Shown: in pieces, positions 24,201-37,436 of the stretch
Layout of the letters: each line of letters begins with the position of its first letter
Position numbering within the stretch: the stretch's first letter is position 1
Origin: Lingula anatina
Taxonomy: Eukaryota; Animalia; Brachiopoda
Assembly: GCA_051362555.1 (NCBI GenBank)
Contig: CM120641.1
Span: forward strand, 4,402,001 to 4,466,000
Direction of reading: 5' to 3'
DNA: 64,000 bases
Notes under the pieces: generated by a model
The model's database searches: none
What the model saw: only the letters and a program-made list of their open reading frames with translations
Told to the model about the DNA's origin: nothing
Translations under genes and position numbers: made by a program

Positions 24201-25427
24201 TCGATTTGTAGATTTGCCAGAAAGCAATATACACAGATTTACTCAAATAAAGATGAAATATTTAACACCAATAACCGAAATTTGCAAGCGTATATTGCAA
24301 CTTTGTATCTTATCAAAATTCCATAAACTTGAAATGATTGCTGTGGCACTTCCAGCAGAAAGCGCATCATCTGACCCACGTATTCTCTAAGCAATTAAAA
24401 GGGTACAAGATCGATTTTAGGCAGAGGAAAGGAACTTATATATTGCAAAGAGAATTATTCCCTATTCCCCCTAGAATAGATAGATCGTTATTTTAGAAAT
24501 TGCGGTGAGCGAAAAATTCCATTACCCCCATCATTTCATTACGCGTTGTGACCAAATGCGCGTATTTTTGACACTTTTAAGTCATTTTTGCTTAAGAGTC
24601 GAACTTTCTAATGCGCTCAATTTGGGCCAAATAATGCAAGTGAATAATGATTCATCCCGTAAGTGTCGGTGGTAGCATTTTGGATAATGATATTCAAATA
24701 ATGGTGCGAAATGGTCTTTTCAAGCAACATTTTTGTTCGAATAACTGTGGTTCATCTCTTTTTCCTGACCAGTGTTTTTATTTGGAAATATCATTTATCA
24801 TCATGTTACGTAAACTTACCTGTTCTTTTGCTTTCAGTATTTTAAAACGTACCACGTAAAACACCATTCACCTTATAAAGCACCCTGAATCAACAGACCT
24901 CACCTCTGTTAACAGTCAAAACCTAACGGAGGAGCGCATACTCTGTAGAGTTTTATTTACCCTAAGTTCTCAAAAACACAGTAACACTCGTTCAATTCTA
25001 ACACCCCAACTTCAAGAGAAGTCACCGTGACTCTCCCCCATACCTCTATACCGACAACTCTGCGTTACCTAGTTAAATCAGTAGAGATCTAGAAAAGAGG
25101 CGGTATATTAACTCACCACCCAAGGCCAGTTCCCTGGCTCTGCGGGTTTACCACCGATGATCCTCTTTCTACTGTCTCTGAATCCGGGCGTGGGGAGACT
25201 CTGAACGCCGCATTGGTGTGATGGAGGTTCTGTAGGGGGGAATTTGGATAGAAACTCTTTAAGGCCCTTGTCATCTGTGGAACCGGGTTTTTCTTGCCAC
25301 CATTTGTTATCTTTAAACCATAGCCGGCCGTGCAGTTGGTTTTCTTTATATGGAAAATGGTGGTTATATTCCCATGAGTTACCGTTGAAAATGAACCGGC
25401 CATCCGTAGTTGGTATGAGCCCGCCAG
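21293..25427 (-). CDS. Trypsin-family (S1A) serine protease 1; 5'-most (signal peptide) exon uncertain
   Basis: Exons 25427-25117 (QCGV...RKR|[15 protein letters not shown]), 24053-23947 (LCGGVL...LTAAHC), 23389-23133 (NNDVTLVKL...PICLP...AGWG), 22548-22379 (...GGRDSCK), 21998-21944 (MDSGGPLMC), 21405-21293 ([16 protein letters not shown]...*). Catalytic His/Asp/Ser and Asp189 are present. Confidence 0.9.
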
Positions 25428-28400
25428 CTGAAATTAAAGGGACAAGCTTGACAGGTTACGGTTATTTGTTTAGTTTTTTTTTTCATTGTGATAACTGTAG
25501 TGTCTTTGGCTGTGCTCACCGTTTTGTTTTAATGTATTGGCGTGAACTTAATGCTTCATGAGACGATTTCGCTTCACGGGAGAAAACCAGTTTTTCACAT
25601 GACTGATCTAATCATCTTCTCCATTCCCTGTACGACATCTGTTTTGATGCGTAAATGTAGGTCTACAAGAGCAGTGCTCGTGACAGGCAGAGAAAAATAT
25701 GTACCATTGCATGCTCAGTTTTCATCTCATTACCTGAATTTTGAATTAGGTTGGACCTTTTTCTGTTGTTGGAAAACACGTGTAATGCAATGATTGCTTT
25801 TTTATTTCAATTAGACAAATTAGAAAGTATTGATTTTATGGAAATGACTCGGAAAATAAACACTGAAATTGTCCCATCAAGTACATCAAGTAAATGATGT
25901 TCAAGATCGCAATAGTTCTAATTCACTAGTTCGGAAAAAAGGAAAAAAAAAAAAAACGGGTATAAATTAAGGTTTCGGTGGTCGTGCTCGGTCAAGAAAA
26001 GGTCGTCTTTTACGCGTACGGTGATTAAGTGACGGAGTGATTCCTTTGAAAAATATTCGACGACGTCATTAAATTTGCTTATGTTTTATTTCGTGTCAAT
26101 ATTCCGCGGGCATCTCTTTTACTGGCATTCATATCCAAATCATGTGCTACAACCATTTGGAAAAATCACAATATCATTTTAAGATAAATGAAAAATACAG
26201 AAAAAAAGAAAAAGAAAAGGAACAGAGAGAGAGAGAGAGAGGGGGGGAGAGAAAAGATAAAAATAAAAGAAAAAATAATTGTATCCCAACCGACAGTGTT
26301 GAAAAAACAAATGCTTGGATAATCATCCATTTAATTCTGGCTTCAGATACTTGGATAACCATGTATTCACTTCTGGCTAATATTGACTAAAGAAAAACTG
26401 TATAATAAACTTTTAAAAAACATTTTAGTACGGTTTACTACATCTTTTTTCTAATTCAACAGAGCTTGGCTACCTTTAACTTTCTACGAAACTAGTGGAT
26501 GAAATAAATAATTAATCTTAATACAAATGACACCACGTCGAGACACTGTAAACAGTAAGCAATTAGAAATAATTTGGCAGCTGCTCCTACTGATATTCGT
26601 ATAAATATAAAAACAATATTCTACCTGATAACTGAAAACAGATCAGAAGAACCACTATCAAACTCATCTTCATCCTTGCTATATATATAGTCACAGTTGT
26701 GGGATCTTATTAATAAATAAGGTGTGAGTCTTCAGCGTCCTCACTCCACCACGGCGTCAAAGGGGTCCAAGTTAGCTTGAGCGTCCTTTAAAACTGGCAC
26801 ATATTCTGGACATAGGTCTTGGTATACCCATGGAGAACGTCAGCACAATGTGTTTCCCTCCTCAACTCCTCATTAAGCGCCGATAACATTCAACAAATAT
26901 CGCAGTTTTTGTAAAAAGCTCTAAAGACGTGTTTCTGTTGCCAGCACGAGCTGTTGAACCTTTTGCGCCTGTCCTTGGTTCTACCCTATCGTTAAGTGGC
27001 TACTAACAACGCATAGGTGTTGAATTCTACTTTGTTATTCTACTCTGCATCAATTTGGAGGAACTGTTTTGTCGATTCAAATAAAAAAGGAAGCGAAGAA
27101 AGAAAGAAAAAGAAAAATTACATTAAAAATTGCGTCAAAAATTACAACAATCGCAGAAAGGTCCAACTATGACGGAGTGCTGTCATTCAAAACGCTTCAG
27201 TCACGTTTTGATATTTTTAAGAGCAAAGGGAGTCATTAAACTGCATTTGTTCGTCAATATATCTATTTCCTAACAATACTGTATCTGCTGAGGGCTCTCG
27301 TACTCTACCTTATCCATCAATCTCTATTAAGTAATGACTAAATTCCTTTTTCCCAGACGTACATAATATCTGTCAATATCGTAAAGGGGTGTTTGTCGAG
27401 CCAGGCAACGCAGCCATGCTATCTCCGAGTTATTCGATTACAGAGGCCAATAGAGACAGTGAGGCATTAGGATTTCTCATATCATGATGTGCTCTTTATT
27501 AGATTACCATTACTTTACTTTATTAAGCATGGGGAGTACAGGGACATAGGGTCGAATGCTCAGCTGCTGTGTTTGAGCCATACTAATATCCTCTGTATTT
27601 CCCTCTACGGCGTTCGTATTTCATTTATGCAAAAGTTCCAGACGAGTGAAGAAGAGAATGATTTGGGGATTATTATTACCTAACCTAGAAATATTAAAAG
27701 AAAGACTGAGCGATTTGTTTGTTGATAACTGACTTGGCTTTGAAACACCCACTGTGCAGATGATATTTATCTACATGTATATATTTTAGATACCATCGTA
27801 TCATACAAAATTGAGAACCAATAAAAACTAACGATGTGTCACCCCCCAAAAAAAGCTTCATTAAATTAAATGTAAAAATAAAGTAAAAAAAGTGTCTAGC
27901 ATGCCAAAGGATTAGTCTTTGACTACTGCAAATAAACAATGCGTTTGTTGTCTATTATCTATTTATTTTGGTGGGTTGTCCCAGCTACAGTGTCTCTCGT
28001 GACGTAAGGAGACGGATGTAATATTGGCGCCTTTGGTCTTTTATTAGAATATGTACGCTTTTACAATTTTTTTTGGCAATATGGCACGCTTCTTAAATCT
28101 TAAAGGATAAAAGAGTTTTTAGAAATTTTTATCAATATCATTTCGGTCGTTTTTTATTTTTGAGAAAAACGTTCTCGTCATATGTCGGCGTGTCATTAAA
28201 TATATACAAATGTTTTATATGACATAGTCATCATCTCACATCAATCGATCTCCAATTAAAGCATTACGTGTACGATAGCGTTTTTTTATGTTACTTCAAC
28301 TAATTCTGTTTAAATGCACAATACAGTTATATCATACAGTGCTAATTAATCACAAAATCCAATTAAAACACCATTAGTTGGCGTCATTGATCTTTACGTA

Positions 28401-29897
28401 AGTGTTTGTACCGTCCCATCATCATAACTATCACTGAGTTTGTACTTGGTCTCAGTATCGTTTCCTAAGCTTATACATGTGTATTCCCTGCATTTCCCGA
28501 AACTCTTTGTAGGCGTTTGATAATTGATTTTGTGATGGATTGAATTTAGTGATAGTGTGGTCATGTCTTACACTGCTTGCCACAGGGATCTGCCATCTCT
28601 TGTATCTGCTTCTTCCACGCAGGCTGAAAGATTCCCTTGATAGTTACGGGAGTAAAATGAAAACTTTTAAGATAAGAAACGCGTCTAATCTTAGATACCG
28701 GAGCTCCGCCGAAACAAGTGTCCAGGGGCGTTCACATTTGTCGTTTCGTAAGTGGTGACCATGGCTATTTGATTTCACGCTTTCTACCTTCGTAGAATAT
28801 TGATTTTTAAAAATTAATGATTTCGGTTAAAATGTTATTCGTGGTTACTTTACGTAGTGCAAATACAGTATACTGCGGCCCACAGGAGCCTGTACTTGCT
28901 TAATTCAGTAGGCCAAAAAGTGCCAAAACGACTAGGATTTCGTGGATTTCGCATTTTGCAGGACCTCGCATAATTCATCCAAAAGCTATGTGTCTCTCTG
29001 AACTGGATAAACATTTGAAAAGAGTAAACGTCAAGAAAAGGAAGGGATTTTTTTTTTTTTTTTTGCAATCTCCTTGCCTGCACTACCGTCCCGGACGTTA
29101 TTGGACTTTGCTACTGTAATAAGATAACGATAGTCTTTTTATTTTAATAACACTGGAAGGCCACATTGAGCTGAAACCAACTGAATGTGGAACGTGAGTA
29201 TCATATTTTCTCACGCCTGGTCACACTGCATTGAAGGAAAGGAAGAAGAACTAGTGAGAGTGCCATTTTTGTAAGTGGTTAAAACATCATCACCATCCCA
29301 TTTAGAGTTATTGTCCTGGGGGGTGCCCAGGGGGGATTGTCCTAGAATCGGACAAAGGTAATATACCGGTCAGGACTACAGTTTTAAGATACATGTATAT
29401 GAGAAACTAAACAAAGGCTTATTATTAATTTGCTTGACTATTTTATTGACAACTGAAAATCTTAATAAAATGTTAAAATACCATATTGATAAATGGCAGT
29501 GGCACATTAAAAATTAAGCCCGCTTCAAATCGACGGATGAAGAGATAGATTTTTAATTGTCTTTCGATATTTTTTACTGGGAGACTACACAATGAATCAG
29601 TCGAGTTTTCTATGCACATCGTAAATGATGCTTGTTACAGTAGCCCCCATGGACACTGCTAAATACTCGTTTGTAACGCATTCAACATAATTGAGTTTTT
29701 TTCAATCCCGAATATTTCCATATAGAAAGAAATGCAATAAAATGAATTCAATTCATAATTCATTTTATAGACGTTTTTCAAATGTCAGCCATAAGGTACA
29801 GATGTACCTGGGTTAGTTCACGTGTGCTTAATGTTGATGAAATGCGTGTAATGCTTTGAATAGACGTTAGCTACTGTGTAATTCAACAGGATATAAA

Positions 29898-30687
29898 TTA
29901 GTTGGTTCTTATCGTTCTCTCGATCCACTTCTTAAATTTCGCCACGTCAGTGTAGATTCCAGGTCCGTTGCCGCATCTTAGCTGTCTTGTCTCTTGCTCT
30001 TCTCTAACATTTTCCTCGTCTGCAATTATTTCCTTCAGTGGCATTACGAAAGCTGGCGGCAGTTGAGACTGAACACTGTATAGACGGTCAGGACCATTTA
30101 GACCAAGAGAGGTTACTCCTACAAGTACAATAATTTTTGATATGAAATTAATTTTGTGAAAGATTGCCACACTTGTTTTAACTATAAAAGTGTTTTTCTA
30201 ATACGGAGATGTGATGAAGCATCTCACCGAATTAACATAAATAAACGAATGAGAATTATCATACGAACAAACTCTTCATTGGAATTTTAGGATAAAGAGA
30301 GAGAGGGGGGAACGGTTGGTAAAAATCTTCTGTGGATACCAAATGAATTGTAAGGTAAAAGAAAGATAAGTTGATGAATGGTAAAAACCAAAGAAAGTAA
30401 TTGCGGTAGGTGTGGCAAGTCGAATGTGATAGTTTTACTCAATGGATGCAGTAGTTACATCCACTGTCAGGAATGCCTTCACTGCGGTTCTCAAAATGGG
30501 CAGATCAATTGTTCGTCAAACTATGAGCAAAAATAGAAATAAATTAAAATCAAAATGGCAGGAATATGCACCGGGCTTGCAACCTCGTGAATACCTACCA
30601 TACAATATCCACCTGTTCTTATAACGACATGCAAGAGGACCGCCGCTGTCGGCCTGAAATAATAATATGACTTATTCCAAGCCTGTG

Positions 30688-30738
<51 letters not shown>

Positions 30739-33700
30739 GCACAAACCTGGAACAATTTTAAAGAAGACGATTCGAAAAGCTTCAACATGAATTGCTCTGA
30801 TATTTTGATACTCACTTCAGAATTTCAATAAATAACAATTCACAGGGTGCAAGTATATAACTGAGTGAAAATAAATAATGTATGAAGAATAAAGCCTCAC
30901 GGAACAGGCATCAGGCACAGGCGGGTCTCCAGTCTCTCCAGCACAGAACATGTTCTTGGTCAATTTCACACCCCTCTCACCGTAGATACGCGAGCACTTT
31001 TTGTCGCTCAATGCAGGGAGTTGAGCTTGGTTCAGATTTCCATTATAATATGGGCCTAGAATATAGGATTTTCGATGATTATCTCTCAGTTTCCCCACTA
31101 CTATCTTATCTTATTATTTCTTGTTCATGAATGTGCAAGCCACAAGAACCGTGCCCTACACTTAACCCATTCCTAGATCCGAAGTAAGTCTATTTTCGCA
31201 CCATAAATGTATGATTTCATCAAATACCAGTCGTTTTATGTTGATAATACCATGTTCTTCCATTTTTTTCTACCATTTTCATGAATCCAGCTGAAATACA
31301 TGTATAATTAAAATCTAAGACGCAGGATTTGAACCCCCCCCCCCCTCGGCTTGATGGCCATTTTGTCAAGAGTATTCCATTTTTTTCCTTCCTACTTACC
31401 GTTTTCGGTGTCTCCCCATCCAGTGATATAGCACAGCTCTCTGCCTCTACGCCCAGGCGGTAATTTCCCGAGACATATTGGCTGCACGAAATCCGTCATG
31501 TCGGCCGATTCGTTGAGCTTTAACAACGCAATGTCTGCATCGTACCTTACACTTCTGTTGTACTTGGGATAGAGCAGTAATTTCTGAACTTGGAACGTTT
31601 GTTCTGTTGATTCTTGCATGTTTTTGTTATATTTTCCAAGCTGCACATACCACCTTCTTTCGTCTCTGAAGTTTATATCTACCCCGCTGAAAGGCAATGA
31701 AAATAAAATTTATTGGTGTATTCAAAACTATGATCGATTAACTTTTAACCTATGAAACTGTTTATGTTGTTTATTTTAGATAAATGTCATTCCTTTCTTT
31801 TAAAGATGCATAGACAGAGTAGACATGTCAAAATATCGCTATAAAACCCGACCAAATGGCAACATATAGTTTCGAATTGTATAACTTTAAGAGATACTGT
31901 AGAGTTTCAATACATTATTTTCTAAAACCTCATAATTCCCCAATCTTTATAAGGAAGTCAAATTACGACCAGAAATTTTAAGATGCTTTTTTTTTTGCTA
32001 ACAGAGTCATTAATTTGGGTTATTTCATTTTATTTATTTATTTACGTTTTTTAGCATGAGGATTTTGTTCATGTTGTGTAACTTGTGTTTATTCATGTTG
32101 TGTAAGAAACTGGTAGTAGAAATTTGCTTGCGTTATGATTACAGGGAATGTACACAGCTGTACCCCCTTCTGGTACTTTGTAAAGTAAAAATGGTTTCAA
32201 AGCAATTAACAAAAGATGAAGTAATTAATTAGTAAAAAATGAAAATGCCATTTCAAAAAGATTATAAAAACGAGACAAACATAACTGTTATGTTTTAAGG
32301 CTTGTGAAAATACCTTAAAACTTGGGCGAATATAACAATTTCCTCCAAGATGGACTGCCCAGCGTGTAACTTCCTGCCAAGTACATCTTTTTTGTATCGA
32401 GGGTTATAAATTCAAAGCTTTCACCATGAACAATAGTTTATTAAGTCCATCGACTGTGAAAAATGATAAAGACACATGCCCTAGTGTTTAAACGAATCGA
32501 CACTTAATCACGAATTCATGAAAAATGGGGTAGCAACTGCGAGAAGCCTAAAGGAATCGATTATCATTTCTTATGATATTTCTATCTGAATAAATACCCC
32601 CCGCTAATTTCGTTATGGTTTGTGACATACCTCTTATATGAGATAACATTTCTACATGCACCCTTGTGTGAAATCTAAGTACACATAAACGAGTAAGCGC
32701 CCCCCATTCCAATTTCAATTTCAGAGGCCCTTTTTTTGATGAAGTGAAAAAGAAATATCGATTTTGAGCTGTTATAGGCGGTCATTAATCAAAAGCTAAT
32801 TTAAAATGCCAGATACTCACTTAAAGCCTAGATTACATTTACCACGGGGGCTGCACGATGAAATCGTTTGCCATTTTCCGTACTATTTTTTGACATGGTA
32901 AATGGCTATGGACAACGGCAAGTACGTTTACATAACGTGCAGGTACCGTGCCATTTCTAAGCCATAGACATGACCTTGACGTCACGTGAGGAAAATCGGT
33001 TTTTCGGTTAAAGGTGATCGTCCGGAGCCCTTTCAGTCTCCTTGCATTACGGACATCGTATGGCAAATGTAATCTAGGCTTAAGTTTCATTAATTATCTT
33101 TATACTTAGTATTTTTTGGCTTTCGTTTGTGGGTCTGCATGTGTATGTATTTGTGTGTGCACTTGGGTCTGTGTATCGGTGTGAGTAGGGGAAAGAGGTT
33201 TGCAAGATTCTGAGAAATCACGTAGCGTCCCGGCTTACGGTAGATCATCAAAGCAGTGAGCTGCTGTAACAATCCAGTCCTTGTTTACTAGGGTTCCACC
33301 ACACAACGCCACCGAAGAAGTCAGCACTGGCCGTGTGGGGTCCAGAGATAAACGAAACCGGAGCAGAGCCTGGAGATCGCAAAAATATAAAAAATGGTAG
33401 AAAACAAAAGATTCCTTTCATATTGCCATATAAAGTTGGAGAGAATCTACATCGTGTTATTTCTATCTATTAATTAGTAGGTTTGATATCTTTAGTTGCT
33501 AAAAGTTTTCATTCACATAGGATAAAATTTAACTGAAGAAAATTTAAATGACTGATAAACAGTATAAAAATATAACAACAAAAACTAAAACCATTGTTTT
33601 TTTTTTCATAGTTTCATAGTGATTCATAGGTTTTCAAGCGTATGACACACAAAAAATTATCAAAAATGATAAAGAATCATTAATTTTATCTGGTCGACAA

Positions 33701-34762
33701 CAAAGGAAAGGAAGTGTCCTTTAATTGTTTTTTTCTTCGCACGTTTTTAATGAAGCGTTGACATGAAGATATGCCAAGTTACTGATATTTCACTTTGGTG
33801 CCATTCTTAGACATTGATGATCAATGGTCTCGCAAACGAAAACAATAAACAGTGCCTCTAAAAACTTATAATCGGATCCCCCCCCCCCTCTCAGTATCAT
33901 TTCAACCGCCCCACGTATCGCACCTGCCAAGGCCAGCTGCCTCTCCTGGCGTTAGTCCCCATAACGATGCGGAGACTTGGTGCTTCTTCATCTTCGGCAT
34001 CCCGTAATAAAGGTGAAATGATAGGGTTGCCACATTTGTATTTGGGCTTGTCGTCTGGCTTAACTGAAAATAAAAGTTCAGAGTTTTCGGATTTTATTAT
34101 TAATAGCTAAATTTTGTAAATAGAATGGAATGCTGTTACAAAATTAGAACATTTTCTGGATTTACAGTGTGCTGTGTAAAGAAAGAAAAATTGTTTACAA
34201 TCCTATCCATCCTTGCCCAGCCACCCCTCACAGTAAAACCAAAGTTTTTAATAGTTATTAATCAGATGCGCTAACAGCGTTGTTAAAAAATCTTTAAACA
34301 TAATTATTTTTAGACCAATGAAATTCAATCAGGAACAGTTTTGAGACATCAATCTATCAGTCACGAGTTCTATTATTGGCATATGGAAATCAGTGCATAC
34401 AAATGTATCAGTGACAGCCTGTTTTGCTCACATTCCGCCCATGATAATGTTTGATAGTACTTAGCTTCCAGATAAGGAGTTATTTGCTTTGCCTGCCAAA
34501 TATCGCAGGGAAATCCCTAATTTCACTTTCAATTATTTCAATACGCACACGTCATCATTATCGACTTGTAAGGAATTTCATTATGAAATTTAAAGGTATT
34601 GTCTAGCGATGATTTGTGAGAAAGAGGAGACTGCCTATTTTTCGCTTTGGAGGGAAAATCCCGGATAAGATAGCTATAAACGATGAACTGACCAGATGTG
34701 AATTGGCATTATTCAAGTGTCAATACGATTATATTAAAAGGGATTTCCATGTATATTAAAAT

Positions 34763-34803
<41 letters not shown>

Positions 34804-35946
34804 TTATTTTTACGTACTCCAACCGGAAATAAAAAGTAATTATGATGCAAATTATACCAAACAGTTTTCTTAGCCTAGAAAGGACACGTGCTCCTTTCTT
34901 TAGGCAAAAGCAAGAGACCAAAGAAAAATTTTTTTTACAGATTATCAGATTAAGAATTGAATGTTTCCTGATATAAGTACTATGCTGCTGACAGAAAAGT
35001 AAACAATATCAGTATAATGCTAAATAATTTACGATCACTGAAGTGTTTTATGCATTTATGGCATTTTTAAGATTTATAAGTGATGTTTATTATGCATGTA
35101 CCAAGAGAACATATTTGTGAAACGTGTAACAGTGACAGAAATAAAATATAATAAAAGTGACAGAAAATTATATACAATCCTCCATGGAAGTATTTTTCCC
35201 TTAGCAAAAAATCATTTCCTGTCTAAAACGAATTTAGCCACACCCTATCAGTGCTCACTAAGCTCAGTGTATCAGAGTGAAGTCAAAGTCATCGCTGAAA
35301 GAGAAAACTCTTTTTTCGCTGGGTTTTGAAGGAAAATTACTCTGTAATAGACAAATCCTTATTGATATGATTTTGTGATAAACTGTTCTCATCCTGTTGC
35401 GATTTTTGGTAATTATTTTTGGTATCATTTTTGGAAATTACACCATTTTGCCGAGATTTCCTAAATAATTCATGTCATCATTCTTGCACGGTACATCTTC
35501 AGAAAGTGTTCTATACAAATGCTCTTAAAGTAGACAGCATCTACGACGACTTTACCTACTTCTTTCTGTTCCCAGTTCACAAACCTTTTTTTAAATCGTC
35601 AAGATTTAAAATAAACAACGATTGCCATGTATATTTCATTTTTCTGATCTTATTCCTTAATAAGTATAACCATCCAATTCAAGAAAATCTTTCCGGTATC
35701 TTAACCCTTGTTCAATAGGTAAACAGTTATCTACATTACTATAATAATTTCCTGGGGTGAAATTGATACAGAGGGGAGGAGGGATCGTAAATTACAAGTT
35801 AAGATTTGATCTTATTACGCAAATGGACACACAGGTGGATTATCCAGTTTAATTCTGGTACGTCATTAACGTCTGTATCTACAGCAACCCTTACCTGTTG
35901 AAATGCACGCTGCAAGCAACAACGTCGCGGCGAGAGTAGGCGACAT
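29898..35946 (-). CDS. Secreted trypsin-family (S1A) serine protease 2
   Basis: Exons 35946-35895 (signal peptide MSPTLAATLLLAACIST), 34063-33924 (KCGNP...LR|IVMGTNARRGSWPWQ), 33369-33239 (LCGGTL...VTAAHCF), 31686-31400 (DADIALLKL...ITGWG), 31055-30901 (...PDACS), 30653-30599 (ADSGGPLAC), 30118-29898 (GVTSLG...CGNGPGIYTDV...*). All junctions are phase-consistent. Confidence 0.92.
30690..30735. repeat. (GA)n microsatellite
   Basis: Perfect AG run in an intron of protease 2. Confidence 0.95.
34508..34748. promoter_or_regulatory. Cluster of NF-kB/IRF/ATF-like motifs in intron 1 of protease 2
   Basis: GGGAAATCCC 34508-34517, TTTCACTTTC (IRF-E, reverse) 34521-34530, CACGTCA 34548-34554, GGGAAAATCCC 34652-34662, GGGATTTCC 34740-34748. 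Confidence 0.5.
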
Positions 35947-36880
35947 CTGGTGAGTGGATGGTATCTTGACAGACCGTCAGCCACCCGTCTAATCTGTCTG
36001 CTTGTACAGAGGTACGAGTTATATGGTCGAAGATAAGGTCCAATCAGTGTGACATCGGAGCCTCCCCGGCAACGCGGGCACATGGCAGCCGAAACTGCCG
36101 ACGTGTCAGTAGCAAGTCGCGTTGGAGATAATTAAAGATTTCGGAGAGACAACACCTTTGCGCACGAGGTGAAGGTTGACTCCTAGTTACACTGCTTTTG
36201 TTTCTGAACGACGAGAGATAGGCCAAACATTACGTGGCAGATGGGTTACATGTTTATTTCGTGATGTCTGCTATAGTTGTGGTTTATAGGTGTGTGTCAC
36301 CTATGTGCTGCAGGTGTGTTGTCACACGTGTCCAGCCCAACTTCTGGGACATATATTGATAACATTTTTCATAATAATATCAAGCACATCGAGGATGTAT
36401 ATAGGCAGGATAGGCTAGGAGTGACATATAGAAAAGATTTCAAATATTTCAAAGAAAAAAAGATGAAAGTGGAAAAAGTGTGTGTGTGTGGGGGGGGGGG
36501 GGGGGTATGCTATGATTCTAAAATCGTTTTAGATATATAGAAAATTCAACCCCAAATAATCTAGCATTCAATTTCAAAGATCAAGTTAATTGTCTGATTT
36601 TAAAATACTGCCGTACATGTAGGCAAACGCTTTAGGTAAAACAAAGAACAGCAGATGAAATACCTGCACCGATAGATACAATGGTAAATATTCCACGGCC
36701 TAAGCACGCTATGAGGCGAATCTAGCGGGGTGGGGATGGTCACGTGTCTCCCACCCCTTATACCTCCTATAAAAGTGAAGATAATCTTGAATGTACCAGT
36801 AGGCTTAATATTGAACTATGCAGGGGAAAATTTTTCTACCCCAACCTTTACCCACACTTTACCTTCTCCCCCAAAAATTA

Positions 36881-37049
36881 GGCCGCATTCAGAGCAGTGG
36901 ATTAACTAGTCCGAGGGTCAAATATGGTCGATCCACAGGGTATCTATTCAGTGTCTATTAGCAGATCAGACGACAAGCTTAATTTTAGTGGGTCGCCATA
37001 TTTGACCCTCGGACTACTGGGTATTTAGTCCACTGTTCTGATTGCGACC
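36881..37049. mobile_element. PIF/Harbinger-type (Tourist-like) MITE
   Basis: Imperfect inverted arms of about 55-60 bp (GGCCGCATTCAGAGCAGTGG...TAGTCCGAGGGTCAAATATGG vs CCATATTTGACCCTCGGACTA...CCACTGTTCTGATTGCGACC), flanked by TTA on both sides (3-bp TWA TSD). Confidence 0.75.
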
Positions 37050-37436
37050 TTAGACCCCGGATGGATCCGCCAGTGTAAGTCACGTATTTATTCAAGCATC
37101 CAAGAATAGATATCTTGATATTGAGTTCCACTTCAACGGCGCTGTTGCTATGCCCACGCCCTTGACTTGCGTAGAACGTGAAGAGATAATCCCCACGTTT
37201 ATAATCTCCGGGATAGAAACCAATGATTTCCCTCTATTTCTACATCTTTCGGTGGCGTGTAAGTGGGGTGTTGGTGTTAAGGCACTTTGTTAATTTATCA
37301 GTGAAACCTGTCCAAACTTTAAGGCGCGTGTATTACTCGATACATTTGAGGGTACTGTTTGTTACTTAAGTTGTTACACCTAGCTGTGATCGGAGAGAGA
37401 AAAATTCGCTCTCACTTCGATCCATTAGCAGCAACG

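Noticed and set aside
26174-26362. Hydrophobic ORF MVIQVSEARIKWMIIQAFVFSTLS as signal-peptide exon of protease 1
   Set aside because: Plausible, but the visible GT donors are not in the phase (1) needed by the exon at 25427, so it was left out of the model.
26700-27060. GC-richer segment that could be a coding exon or pseudogene
   Set aside because: The frames I examined contain stops and show no recognisable protein motif.
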